Shown here: piece by piece, positions 11,001-21,703 of the stretch
Numbering within the stretch: the first letter of the stretch is position 1
How the letters are laid out: every line of letters begins with the position of its first letter
From: Balanoglossus misakiensis
Lineage: Eukaryota > Animalia > Hemichordata
Assembly: GCA_040954595.2 (NCBI GenBank)
Contig: CM082586.2
Span: 8,463,337 to 8,527,336 of the forward strand
DNA: 64,000 nucleotides
Direction of reading: 5' to 3'
The notes under the pieces: model-generated
The model's input: the letters and a program-made list of their open reading frames with translations, nothing else
Database searches by the model: none
Told to the model about the DNA's origin: nothing
Position numbers and translations under genes: made by a program

Positions 11001-12932
11001 ACAGGTATTTTTTGTAATTTTCAAAAATTTACCATTTAGACCAAATTGTGGCTAAAATTGTTATTTTCGTGTTGAATGCCGCCAGTGTCACTGCTTTTAA
11101 AAGTCATAAAAACTGTCAACATACAAGCAATTGTTTATATATGATCAGGTCACCGAATTAAAAAAATAAAGAATGTTTTGCCTAAAAAATGACCTTTTTG
11201 GTGCAAAAACGAATTAAACGCAATTTTGTATTAAATCAGCTCATTCAGAGTGCATTTTTTAAAATCAGCACCATTTTTACATATAATGGAAATTTCATAC
11301 ATCATCAGATATCCAAATATGAAAAAATGATTTAGATTTTAGATGATTGTCCAAAATTAGCTGATATCTAATAAATGTAGTATTGAACCGTTCTGTCCCC
11401 CCCCCCCCCCCCTACATTATATGCGGTACGCCGATGTCAGCTTACCCGGCAGTACTGCAGGCCGTGCCCCCAACTAACGTCGGTGTTTGAAACGCCCTGG
11501 TTAAATTCGGACTTTCTCTATAAATTGACAGGCAATAATGCAGTCCTACCCGAACAAATGTCGAGTGTTGACCCGCTGTGACTTTCCCTCTTCGGTTTGC
11601 CCGACTTAGCCAACGTCTTTGTACTAGAGTGTCGGGTCTTTTGCAGAGCCAGGCCGAAGGAAATCCGACTTGATCACCGTTGCTAACGAACGCTAGTGTC
11701 TGTCATGGTGTGCCGGGGTTTTAGTCGAGCCAGGCCGTAGGAGATCTGACTTGATCATCGTAGTCAATGTACGCGTGTTTCCGCTCTAAAGTGCCGGGGC
11801 TTCAGCTAAACCAGGCCGTAGGAAATCCGACGTAATCACCGTTGATAACTTACGCCAGTCTGTGTCATATAGAGCCGGTGAACCAGCCGAGTCACGCCGT
11901 AGAAAATCTGACTTGGTCAACGTGGTGAATGTACGCCTGTTTCTGCTCTAGAGTGCCGGGGCTTCAGCTGAGCCAGGCCGTAGGAAACCCGAGGTGTTTA
12001 CCATTGTTAACTTACGCCAGTCTGTGTCCTATATATAGTGCCGGGGCATCAGCCGTGCCAGGCCGAAGGAAATGTGAGTAGATCAACGTGGTCTCTGTAC
12101 GCGTGTTTCTGCTCTAGAGTGCCAGGGCTTTAGCCAAGCCATGCCGTAGGAAATCTGACTTGATCAACGTTGCTAACGAACGCTAGTGTCTGTCATAGTG
12201 TGCCGGGGTTTTAGTCGAGCCAAGCCGTAGGAGATCAGACTTGATCAACGTGGTCTCTGTACGCGTGTTTCTGCTCTAGAGTGCCGGGGCTTTATCCAAG
12301 CCATGCCGTAGAAAATTTGACTTGATCACCGTTGCTAACGTACGCTAGTGTCTGTCATATTGTGACGGAGATTTAGCCGAGCCAGGCCGTAGAAAAATCG
12401 ACTTGTTCAACGTTACCAGTGTGGAACTGTTTCTGCTCTAGAGTGTCAGGGTTTTAGCCGACTTATGCTGTAGGAAATCTGAGTTGATGAACGGGAATTC
12501 AATGTTAGAAAACCCGTGTGGAAAGTATCTCTACCCGTTTGAAACTAAGAAAAAAATTTATTTTTATTAATTTTGTAAAAAAGAAAAATTTTCGAAAAAA
12601 GTCGAAAATGGTAATTTTGTCTTGGGTGATTCAAATTATACCGCCTTTTCTGGAATTTGCAGCACTTTTTACAAGAGAACGACACTTCATGCTCCATAAT
12701 ATTTCCGAAAATGAAGAAAAGAGTTATTTTTTTATGATTTTTTTTTAAAATTTACCATTTTTGTCAAAATATGGCCAAAATGGCTATTTTTTCTTGAATT
12801 CCGTCAATATCTCTGCATTTTTGGAGGGGTCGAAAGTTTTAACATACAATCAACATGTCATATATGATCAGGGCACCTAATTCGAAGAACAAAGTTTTTT
12901 TTTTTCTTCTAAAAATGACATTTTCAAGGAAA
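8020..12932. repeat. ~2.0-2.2-kb macrosatellite (about 2.3 copies) with internal ~70-bp GC-rich and ~165-170-bp AT-rich subrepeats
   Basis: The anchor gaattcaatgttagaaaacccgtgtggaaag recurs at 8302, 10506 and 12495. Each unit has an AT-rich block, a poly-C, then an array of tgtttctgctctagagtgccgggg...gccgtaggaaatctgacttgatcaacg monomers. The third copy is cut by the LINE at ~12932. Confidence 0.9.
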
Positions 12933-15369
12933 TCGGAAGTCAAAAGAGCTTTGAAAATACACAAACGTATGCTTAGTGCAACTTCTTACAGTGACTTTAA
13001 AGCTAAACAACGTAATTATCGTGACATGTTAAGACAAAAAAAGAAAAACTACGACATCTTGAAACAGAAGAACTTTGCTGAAGCTGCCAAGGATACCAAC
13101 TCGAAACGATTCTGGTCGATGTTGAGACCCTACACACCCTGTACTCCGGATACTATTTCACCACAGGAATGGATTGAGTACTTTACAACTCTCTTTAATA
13201 CCCCAGGAAATATAGACGATAACTTTTTAGATTTTTACCAAGAAGTTGACGAATTTGTTAATAATTCATTTTCTTCAGAAGATTTTGTAAATAGTAATTC
13301 AGTTGTTGACAATTCTATAAATACTAGTATACTGGATGACGACATCACAATGGATGAAGTTGACTGGTCAATCCAGAAATTGAAGCTGGGTAAAGCTGCG
13401 GGGTTCGATGGAATCCCTGTAGAATTCTTTAAGTATAGCAGTCGTGAATTTAAAGAGATTCTGTTGAAACTTTGTAATGCAATTTTTAATTCAGGTAATT
13501 TTCCAATAGAATGGGTAAAAGGTACGGTCGTCCCTCTTCACAAAAAAGGTTCTCGTGATTCTGTTGGTAACTATAGAGGGATTACATTACTTCCAATTGC
13601 CAGTAAGGTTTTATGTAACATTATGCATAAGCGAATTTCTGAGTTTATCGAAGCTAACTGCCCTATTTCACAAGCACAGGCTGGTTTCCGAAAATATCGT
13701 AGCACCACTGATAATATTTTTATTCTAGACATTACAGTATGGAAGTATGTAGTTAAGCATAAAATGAGGTTATACTGTGCCTTTATCGACTTTGAAAAAG
13801 CCTTCGATAGAATAGATCACAGCGCTATGTTTTACAAGCTTCTCAACTTAGGCATGAAAGGAAAATTGCTGAGAGTTTTAAAATCCATGTACACCAATGT
13901 AAAATCTTTTGTCAGGACCCCACAGGGAGTAACTGAATTTTTTTAACTGTACTTTTGGGGTACAACAAGGGTCTGTAATATCTCCTCTTTTGTTCAACCT
14001 TTTTATTGATGATATTGGTGTAACCTTGCAAAGCGGCCTGTATCGTGGGGTGTATGTGGGCATGTTAAGATTGTTGTATTTATTATTTGCTGACGAATTG
14101 GTTATTGCGTCTAGCAGTGTTATTGGGTTGCAAAGGCAACTCAATAAACTGAGTATTTACTGCAAAAAATGGAAGTTAAAAGTTAATTCAACAAAGACAA
14201 AAGTCATGGTATTTAGGAAAGTGGGGAGACTTAAAAACTGTGAAAAATTTAGATGGTAAAAATGTAGAAATAGTCTCTTATTTTAATTATCTTGGCTTAC
14301 AATTCTCTTGTTCGGGTATATGGTCTAGCGCCCAAGAGAAATTGGCGAAACATGCTAAAATTGTGATGTATGGTATTAAAAAATACCTCAGCCTCTTTAA
14401 GAATGTAGACGTTAATATTGCACTTAGAATTTTCGACTGTAAAATTTTACCAATCCTTATGTATGGTTGCGAAGTTTGGGGCTTTCACGAGGGCTCTGAT
14501 GTGGAAACTGTGCATAGTCTTTTTTGCAAATTTATTTTAAATGTTGGCACTAAAACATGCAACTCTGCTGTTCTCGGAGAGCTTGGTAGAGTACCTTTGC
14601 GAGTTACGAGACTGTCCCGCATTGTTTAATATTGGTTCACATAGTGATAATGCCACATATATTAAGATGTGTTATAACTATCAATATGAAATGGCCGAAA
14701 AGAGCTACAATTGTTGGGCATATAATGTAAAGCGTTTGCTACAAACTTATGGTTTTGGTATTGTATGGGACATGCAAGCCGTAGGTGATGAATGCTTCTT
14801 TTTATCAGTATTTGAACAGAGATCTTTTGATATTGGCTTCCAACAATGGAAAACAAGCCTGCTCAATACTTCGAAGTTAGATACATTTCGACTTTTTAAA
14901 AATAATCTTGTATTTGAGAAGTATTTATGTGTTATCAATGTGGAGATATTCAGAAGGACTTTATGTAAATTTCGAGTGTCAAATCATAATTTGCGTATAG
15001 AGAGCGGTCGATTCGAAAATATTCCAAGGGAAAACAGAGTTTGCCAGTTATGTAGTACAAATCAAATAGAAAACGAATTTCATTTTTGTTTAGTTTGCCC
15101 CTTATACGAGGACTTGAGGAAACGTTTTCTTCCTTCTTATTGTCATGCCATACAGACATACCAACAGAAGCAAAATTTATAAATATCCTTAGTTCTCAAC
15201 ACCACAGTACTTTTATAAATTTATCCAAGTTTATTTTTTACAGTTTCAAACGAAGGGAAAATGTGTTACAAGATATTATAAATGTGCAGAAATGTGTAAT
15301 ATATAGCTGACCTAAGTTAGTCTGTATGTTTACTGTATCGATTGTAAGGAAGCCGGTGGCCTATATTTA

Positions 15370-17201
15370 GGCCAAAGTAAGTAAATTCTTTGTTTTGCGT
15401 CCACTCAAAATTCTAAAAGGTACGAGGGTAAGCGGTCAAAAAACACACACACAAAAAATAACACAAAATTAGTTTGCCTTTATTTCAGAGTTTTTCTCGT
15501 GCAATATGCACATTTATGTAGTAGTGTGACACACTACTACAATATGATCAAAATACAATGTCATTTGTAGCCTTTAATCTGTCATTTGCTTTTCTTTTAC
15601 GAGTTTTAGATTTCTTATTTTTGTGTTGAATGTGGCCACTGTCTCTACAAGTTCTGCAGACTGGCTGGATAGACTGGTACTGTTCCCTCATATCCGGTGT
15701 AATAGGGATGAGATGATTCCTGACCCACAAACATATCAAACATCAGGACTATTCAATCTGGCACTGTAGTAATGTGGACAAACTTCCATCTGCCAAGTTT
15801 GGTTGATCACGATGAAACATTTCTGTGAAGAAATGTTTTTGAAAATTCTGTAAACAAAATACGAAAACATGCTTGAGTATAGTGATAACATCTCACTACG
15901 AAGTATGATGCATATGCCAACCCATGAGATGATAATTTTCAATCTTAAAATATGACTGTATTGCAATAAACACAAATGTTCTACATTCACTGAACTTCAC
16001 AGTCCCACCACCTATTTTTACTGATCTACCACCATAGAATTTTCTTTTGCTTACCCCCCCCCCCCTTTAAATGCTCCCTTTCTCTAGTACCATTTCACTG
16101 ACAGAACGATTTGTAATGCTCACCATCATCTGTTGGACCTAGATCTAAAAATCACAAATGAAATGAATTTTAAATATCAAATATTTGAAAATAAAATGTG
16201 ACAAATATAACTGTTTCACACTTTATGAATATATTTAAAATCAAAAAAACATGTGACTGGATTTAAAAGACAGAAATCAAACCACAGGGGGCTCTCCCTC
16301 CGCGATTTTGTTTGTTTGTTTGTTGTTGTTATTGATTGGCATAATATATAAATATGGTCACGTTTGTCTGTTGACATGTTAGGTATAATATTCAACGGTC
16401 AGGGTTAGGGTCACGGTGTATTCAACGGTCAGGTGGGAGTGCCATGGATCGAAAAAATGCCAACACTTACTCTAACCGTTGACCGTTGAATACTAGTATA
16501 CCTTACATGTCAACAAACAAACGTGACCATATTTATTTATTATGCCAATCAATAACAACAAACAAAATCGCGGAGGGAGAGCCCCCAGTGATCAAACAGC
16601 AACAAAGATTATTGTGTTCTGGCTTGACTATAAAAGTTTTCTCTACTAAGATAAATTAGTTACCTGGGTATGGGGCCGCACAAAAGGTGAAAAACATCCT
16701 TTGGTAGACGAGGTGGTGACGATCGGCGACTGAAACACTGTCTGGCCGGCTTTATGGTCCTTCACCATGGCTTCCAGTAGCCGTGCAAAGTTTTGCGCGT
16801 CGGTCACTTCCATCCTGAACTAGTCAAGGATAGTTTTATCTTTTTCCGTAACCTTTAGGACGACTTTTTCGTTGGCTTCATTCATGTTAAATCACGGGGA
16901 TCCCTGGCTTTCCCAGCAGACAGAGGAGATGCGCGGCGACATGACGCGTGCAGCCACCAGCGTGTGTTGACAGACTTCAACTACGAGCATGCGCAGTTGC
17001 TGTAGGGCGTACCGTTTTACGTCACACCATGATTAGAATAGGACTGCCGTTAAATGGCATTTGTCGAAATGTCATTTTTTTCGACAAAATACCGCCGTGG
17101 ATTGGAAATTTATGCCAATGAGTTTTGTGTTATTTTTCTCAAAAAAGCCCGAAAACCTACGCGCGCGCGGACGCAAAACAAAGAATTTACTTACTTTGGC
17201 C
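15370..17201. mobile_element. Non-autonomous or decayed DNA transposon with 33-bp TIRs and a TTA target duplication
   Basis: ggccaaagtaagtaaattctttgttttgcgtcc at 15370-15402 has its reverse complement at 17169-17201, with TTA on both flanks. It contains decayed minus-strand coding remnants at ~16665-16885 and ~15550-15790. Confidence 0.85.
16283..16590. mobile_element. MITE with CACAGGGG termini and a 7-bp TSD (P/Galileo-like)
   Basis: cacagggggctctccctccgcgattttg ... caaaatcgcggagggagagcccccagtg, flanked by atcaaac on both sides. Same family as 40440-41427. Confidence 0.85.
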
Positions 17202-17897
17202 TTACCGAATAAACAATATATTGGTAATATATTATTCACTATTGAGTCAAATTTTGTCCATGTAATTGACTACATAGCCAGTGTTGAATACTGTTTAGAC
17301 ATGTGGGCCACTGTAATGAGATATCAAGTTTTTCATAGTGTAAATGCCAGATCGTGAAAGTAAAATCTCTTTCACACATCTTTTTGGCACTATATTTCCG
17401 AATATCTCCGCATTCTTTACTATCAATCACGTGATCTGTCCATGTGACCCACGGCGTTGTCATTTCCAGATGACGGGCAAGCAATATTTCGGCATCCAGT
17501 AAAAGTTTTTCCTAGTATGCTTTAACTTTAGAACCGCCAGACACGTAACATGTATCAGGTATATGGTGCTTTATAAGCCTCATGGCGTTTCGTCTGCACA
17601 GTCTTTGTCTGCACCACGTTGCTGAAGTTGCCCGTGACCTGGAAATTTGAATGCCAACGTAACTGCGTCTGAACGCGTCTGACGTCATTTGATATCGAAG
17701 AATTTTCTATGGAGACAGTATACTTTATTGTGCGATTTTCATGAAAACAAGAAATGAAAAGCCAGTTTTCTTCTTGATTTTAGAAAAAAAGACTTTGTAC
17801 ATAGCAAATAATTGGTTTGGGGAACTATCCTGAATCTGCTGTGATTTCCATATATGAAAAGCCCGATAATATTTATTGTAAGAGAAACTTCACCGAG

Positions 17898-18212
17898 TTT
17901 GAGTGTATAAAAAGGACAATGAACTGTATGGTATATGGCCAGGGTTCGCGCGTATGTAGGTCATCATCGCTTAACGTTTTGAGCAGCAGAAATTGTTCAC
18001 TGCAGTTCACCGTGGGCTACTTTCAAGGCAATAAATGTATGGGCTTATTATTTTGGTAGTTCTTCGTACACAATGACAATTCTTTGCTTGCGTGCTCAGA
18101 CACGCATCCCAATTATTTTCTTACAGACATTGGCATTTAGTCTTGTCTAGGACTAAAGTACAGGAACATAGAAATACACCTGACCCGGACAATACCTGGC
18201 TACGTGCAGAAT
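17898..18212 (+). repeat. Dispersed ~310-bp repeat (second copy at ~38607-38945)
   Basis: agtttgagtgtataaaaaggacaat ... cctggctacg(t/c)gcagaatt is nearly identical at both sites. Confidence 0.85.
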
Positions 18213-18269
18213 TCCTGATTCCAGAATCACCAAGGCCAAGGTTGGGGTTGCAAAGCGGTTGCAAAATGT

Positions 18270-21200
18270 TTCAGAGCCTCAAAAACACCAAAACTCGTTA
18301 AGTCTGGAATTTTTCATTTTTGACAGTTATCATAAGCTATAACCCATGAAAAATGTTTTAAAAACCTCGAAAACACCAACATTCGCAAAGTTTGGAATTT
18401 TTCATTTTTGACAGTTATCATAAGCTATAACCCATGAAAAATGTTTTAAAAACCTCGAAAACACCAAAATTCGCAAAGTCTGGAATTTTTCATTTTTGAA
18501 AGTGTTCATAAGCTATACCCCATGAAAAATGTTTTAAAAACCTCGAAAACACCAAAATTCGCAAAGTTTGGAATTTTTCATTTTTGACAGTTATCATAAG
18601 CTATAACCCATGAAAAATGTTTTAAAAACCTCGAAAACACCAAAATTCGCAAAGTTTGTAATTTTTCATTTCTGAAAGTCTTCATAAGCTATACCCCATG
18701 AAAAATGTTTTAAAACCTCGAAAACACCATAATTCGCAAAGTCTGGAATTTTTCATTTTTGACAGTTTTCATAAGCTATAACCCATGAAAAATGTTTAAA
18801 AATCTCGAAAACACCAAAATTCGCAAAGCCTGGAATTTTTCATTTTTGTTCGAAACGTTTGAAAGTGAAATATATCATTCCAAAGTATACTAGTTGTACG
18901 AGATTCTACGCGATACATTTTGATAATTAACAAACCATTTCGAAAACTGGACTATTTATTTAATACTTAATTGTGCCTCAGTGTGGTGTGTTATAACGGG
19001 TACCTGAATGGACCAATAGTGGAAGGGTTGACCATTTAGCCTCCTTAATATGATAAAGCGCTAAAACATATGATAAAAACAATGGAGAGATCTTGACTGT
19101 CTCGCCTTAGACTTGTAATCCAATTTTCAATTAAGTTCAATTCAGTAACTTTTATTCATCCCGAAAACTGGGCAATGAAAACACGTATCAATACACACAG
19201 TAAAAATGCAAAGAGTCAATAAACAATTAACACATGTACAATGGCAAGCATACACATGAAAAAATCAATTCCTATCATATATTTATTTTTGTCGTCTAAG
19301 AATAAATAAATGAGCATCTTCATTTATGGTCGAACACTATTGAAATACCATGAAAAATGTTTTAAAAACCTCGAAAACACCAAAATTCGCAACGTTTGGA
19401 ATTTTTCAGTTTTGACAGTTATCATAAGCTATAACCCATGAAAAATGTTTTAAAAACCTCGAAAACACCAAAATTCGCAAAGTTTGGAATTTTTCATTTT
19501 TGAAAGTCTTCATAAGCTATACCCCATGAAAAATGTTTTAAAAACCTCGAAAACACCATAATTCGCAAAGTCTGGAATTTTTCATTTTTGACAGTTTTCA
19601 TGAGCTATAACCCATGAAAAATGTTTAAAAATCTCGAAAACACCAAAATTCGCAAAGCCTGGAATTTTTCATTTTTGTTCGAAACGTTTGAAAGTGAAAT
19701 ATATCATTCCAAAGTATACTAGTTGTACGAGATTCTACGCGATACATTTTGATAATTAACAAACCATTTCGAAAACTGGACTATTTATTTAATACTTAAT
19801 TGTGCCTCAGTGTGGTGTGTTATAACGGGTACCTGAATGGACCCATAGTGGAAGGGTTGACCATTTAGCCTCCTTAATATGATAAAGCGCTAAAACATAT
19901 GATAAAAACAATGGAGAGATCTTGACTGTCTCGCCTTAGACTTGTAATCCAATTTTCAATTAAGTTCAATTCAGTAACTTTTATTCGTCCCGAAAACTGG
20001 GCAATGAAAACACGTATCAATACACACAGTAAAAATGCAAAGAGTCAATAAACAATTTACACATGTACAATGGCAAGCATACACATGAAAAAATCAATTC
20101 CTATCATATATTTATTTTTGTCGTCTAAGAATAAATAAATGAGCATCTTCATTTATGGTCGAACACTATTGAAATACCATGAAAAATGTTTTAAAAACCT
20201 CGAAAACACAAAAATTCGCAAAGTTTGGAATTTTTCATTTTTGACAGTTATCATAAGCTATAACCCATGAAAAATGTTTTAAAAACCTCGAAAACACCAA
20301 AATTCGCAAAGTCTGGAATTTTTCATTTTTGAAAGTCTTCATAAGCTATACCCCATGAAAAATGTTTTAAAAACCTCGGAAAACACCAAAATTCGCAAAG
20401 TTTGGAATTTTTCATTTTTGACAGTTATCATAAGCTATAACCCATGAAAAATGTTTTAAAAACCTCGAAAACACCAAAATTCGCAAAGTCTGGAATTTTT
20501 CATTTTTGAAAGTCTTCATAAGCTATACCCCATGAAAAATGTTTTAAAAACCTCGAAAACACCATACTAGTAATTCGCAAAGTCTGGAATTTTTCATTTT
20601 TGAAAGTCTTCATAAGCTATACCCCATGAAAAATGTTTTAAAAACCTCGAAAACACCAAAATTCGCAAAGTTTGGAATTTTTCATTTTTGACAGTTATCA
20701 TAAGCTATACCCCATGAAAAATGTTTTAAAAACCTCGAAAACACCAAAATTCGCAAAGTTTGTAATTTTTCATTTCTGAAAGTCTTCATAAGCTATACCC
20801 CATGAAAAATGTTTTAAAACCTCGAAAACACCATAATTCGCAAAGTCTGGAATTTTTCATTTTTGACAGTTTTCATGAGCTATACCCCATGAAAAATGTT
20901 TAAAAATCTCGAAAACACCAAAATTCGCAAAGCCTGGAATTTTTCATTTTTGTTCGAAACGTTTGAAAGTGAAATATATCATTCCAAAGTATACTAGTTG
21001 TACGAGATTCTACGCGATACATTTTGATAATTAACAAACCATTTCGAAAACTGGACTATTTATTTAATACTTAATTGTGCCTCAGTGTGGTGTGTTATAA
21101 CGGGTACCTGAATGGACCAATAGTGGAAGGGTTGACCATTTAGCCTCCTTAATATGATAAAGCGCTAAAACATATGATAAAAACAATGGAGAGATCTTGA

Positions 21201-21443
21201 CTGTCTCGCCTTAGACTTGTAATCCAATTTTCAATTAAGTTCAATTCAGTAACTTTTATTCATCCCGAAAACTGGGCAATGAAAACACGTATCAATACAC
21301 ACAGTAAAAATGCAAAGAGTCAATAAACAATTAACACATGTACAATGGCAAGCATACACATGAAAAAATCAATTCCTATCATATATTTATTTTTGTCGTC
21401 TAAGAATAAATAAATGAGCATCTTCATTTATGGTCGAACACTA
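18270..21443. repeat. Composite tandem array: ~88-bp satellite blocks (about 7, 4 and 9 monomers) separated by three copies of a ~500-bp spacer
   Basis: Monomer aaacctcgaaaacaccaaaattcgcaaagtttggaatttttcatttttgacagttatcataagctataacccatgaaaaatgtttt. The spacer gttcgaaacgtttgaaagtg...gtcgaacactatt lies at ~18848, 19677 and 20952. Confidence 0.92.
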
Positions 21444-21483
21444 TTTCTGGTTTGGTCAACTACGAACATTCACAGACTGATCG

Positions 21484-21664
21484 TAGTCTCGGTTCTCCCA
21501 GACTGCACTTGTGGGCGGTTACCCAGATTCCTCTCTGCTTCTTCCGTTGCCCTCGGAAAGAGGGTAGAAGCTAGCCGAGGAGTCTGGTCAACCGAGACTA
21601 AGAGACTATCTGTGTGGGCGGCCGGAAGAGAGCCCACAAGTGCAGTCTGGGAGAACCGAGACCA
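21484..21664. mobile_element. Small MITE with ~30-bp TIRs starting TAG
   Basis: tagtctcggttctcccagactgcacttgtggg ... cccacaagtgcagtctgggagaaccgagacca, with an extra internal end (agtctggtcaaccgagacta) at ~21580-21600. Confidence 0.7.
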
Positions 21665-21703
21665 TCACAGATCGAAGTCTTTTTTTATGAGTGCTCTGCA
21701 CGT

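Larger units (their letters stand above)
12933..17220 (+). mobile_element. 5'-truncated, frameshifted non-LTR retrotransposon (LINE; RTE-X/L2/CR1-like), with a DNA transposon inserted in its 3' UTR
   Basis: RT motifs KAAGFDGI, NYRGITLL, QAGFR, FIDFEKAFD, GVQQGSVISPLLFNLFIDD and LLFADE, plus a C-terminal CQLC..ENEFHFCLVCPLY knuckle, are spread over four shifted ORFs (12933-15182). The 3' UTR is interrupted at 15370, and AATAAA (17208) follows the insertion. Confidence 0.88.

Noticed and set aside
12855-12932. N-terminus of the 363-aa ORF as a true LINE start
   Set aside because: These codons come from the macrosatellite. The LINE is 5'-truncated and fused in frame by chance.
8020-21443. Repeat-spacer appearance suggesting CRISPR arrays
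   Set aside because: The context is eukaryotic, the monomers are 70-170 bp and tandem, the spacers are identical rather than unique, and there are no cas genes.
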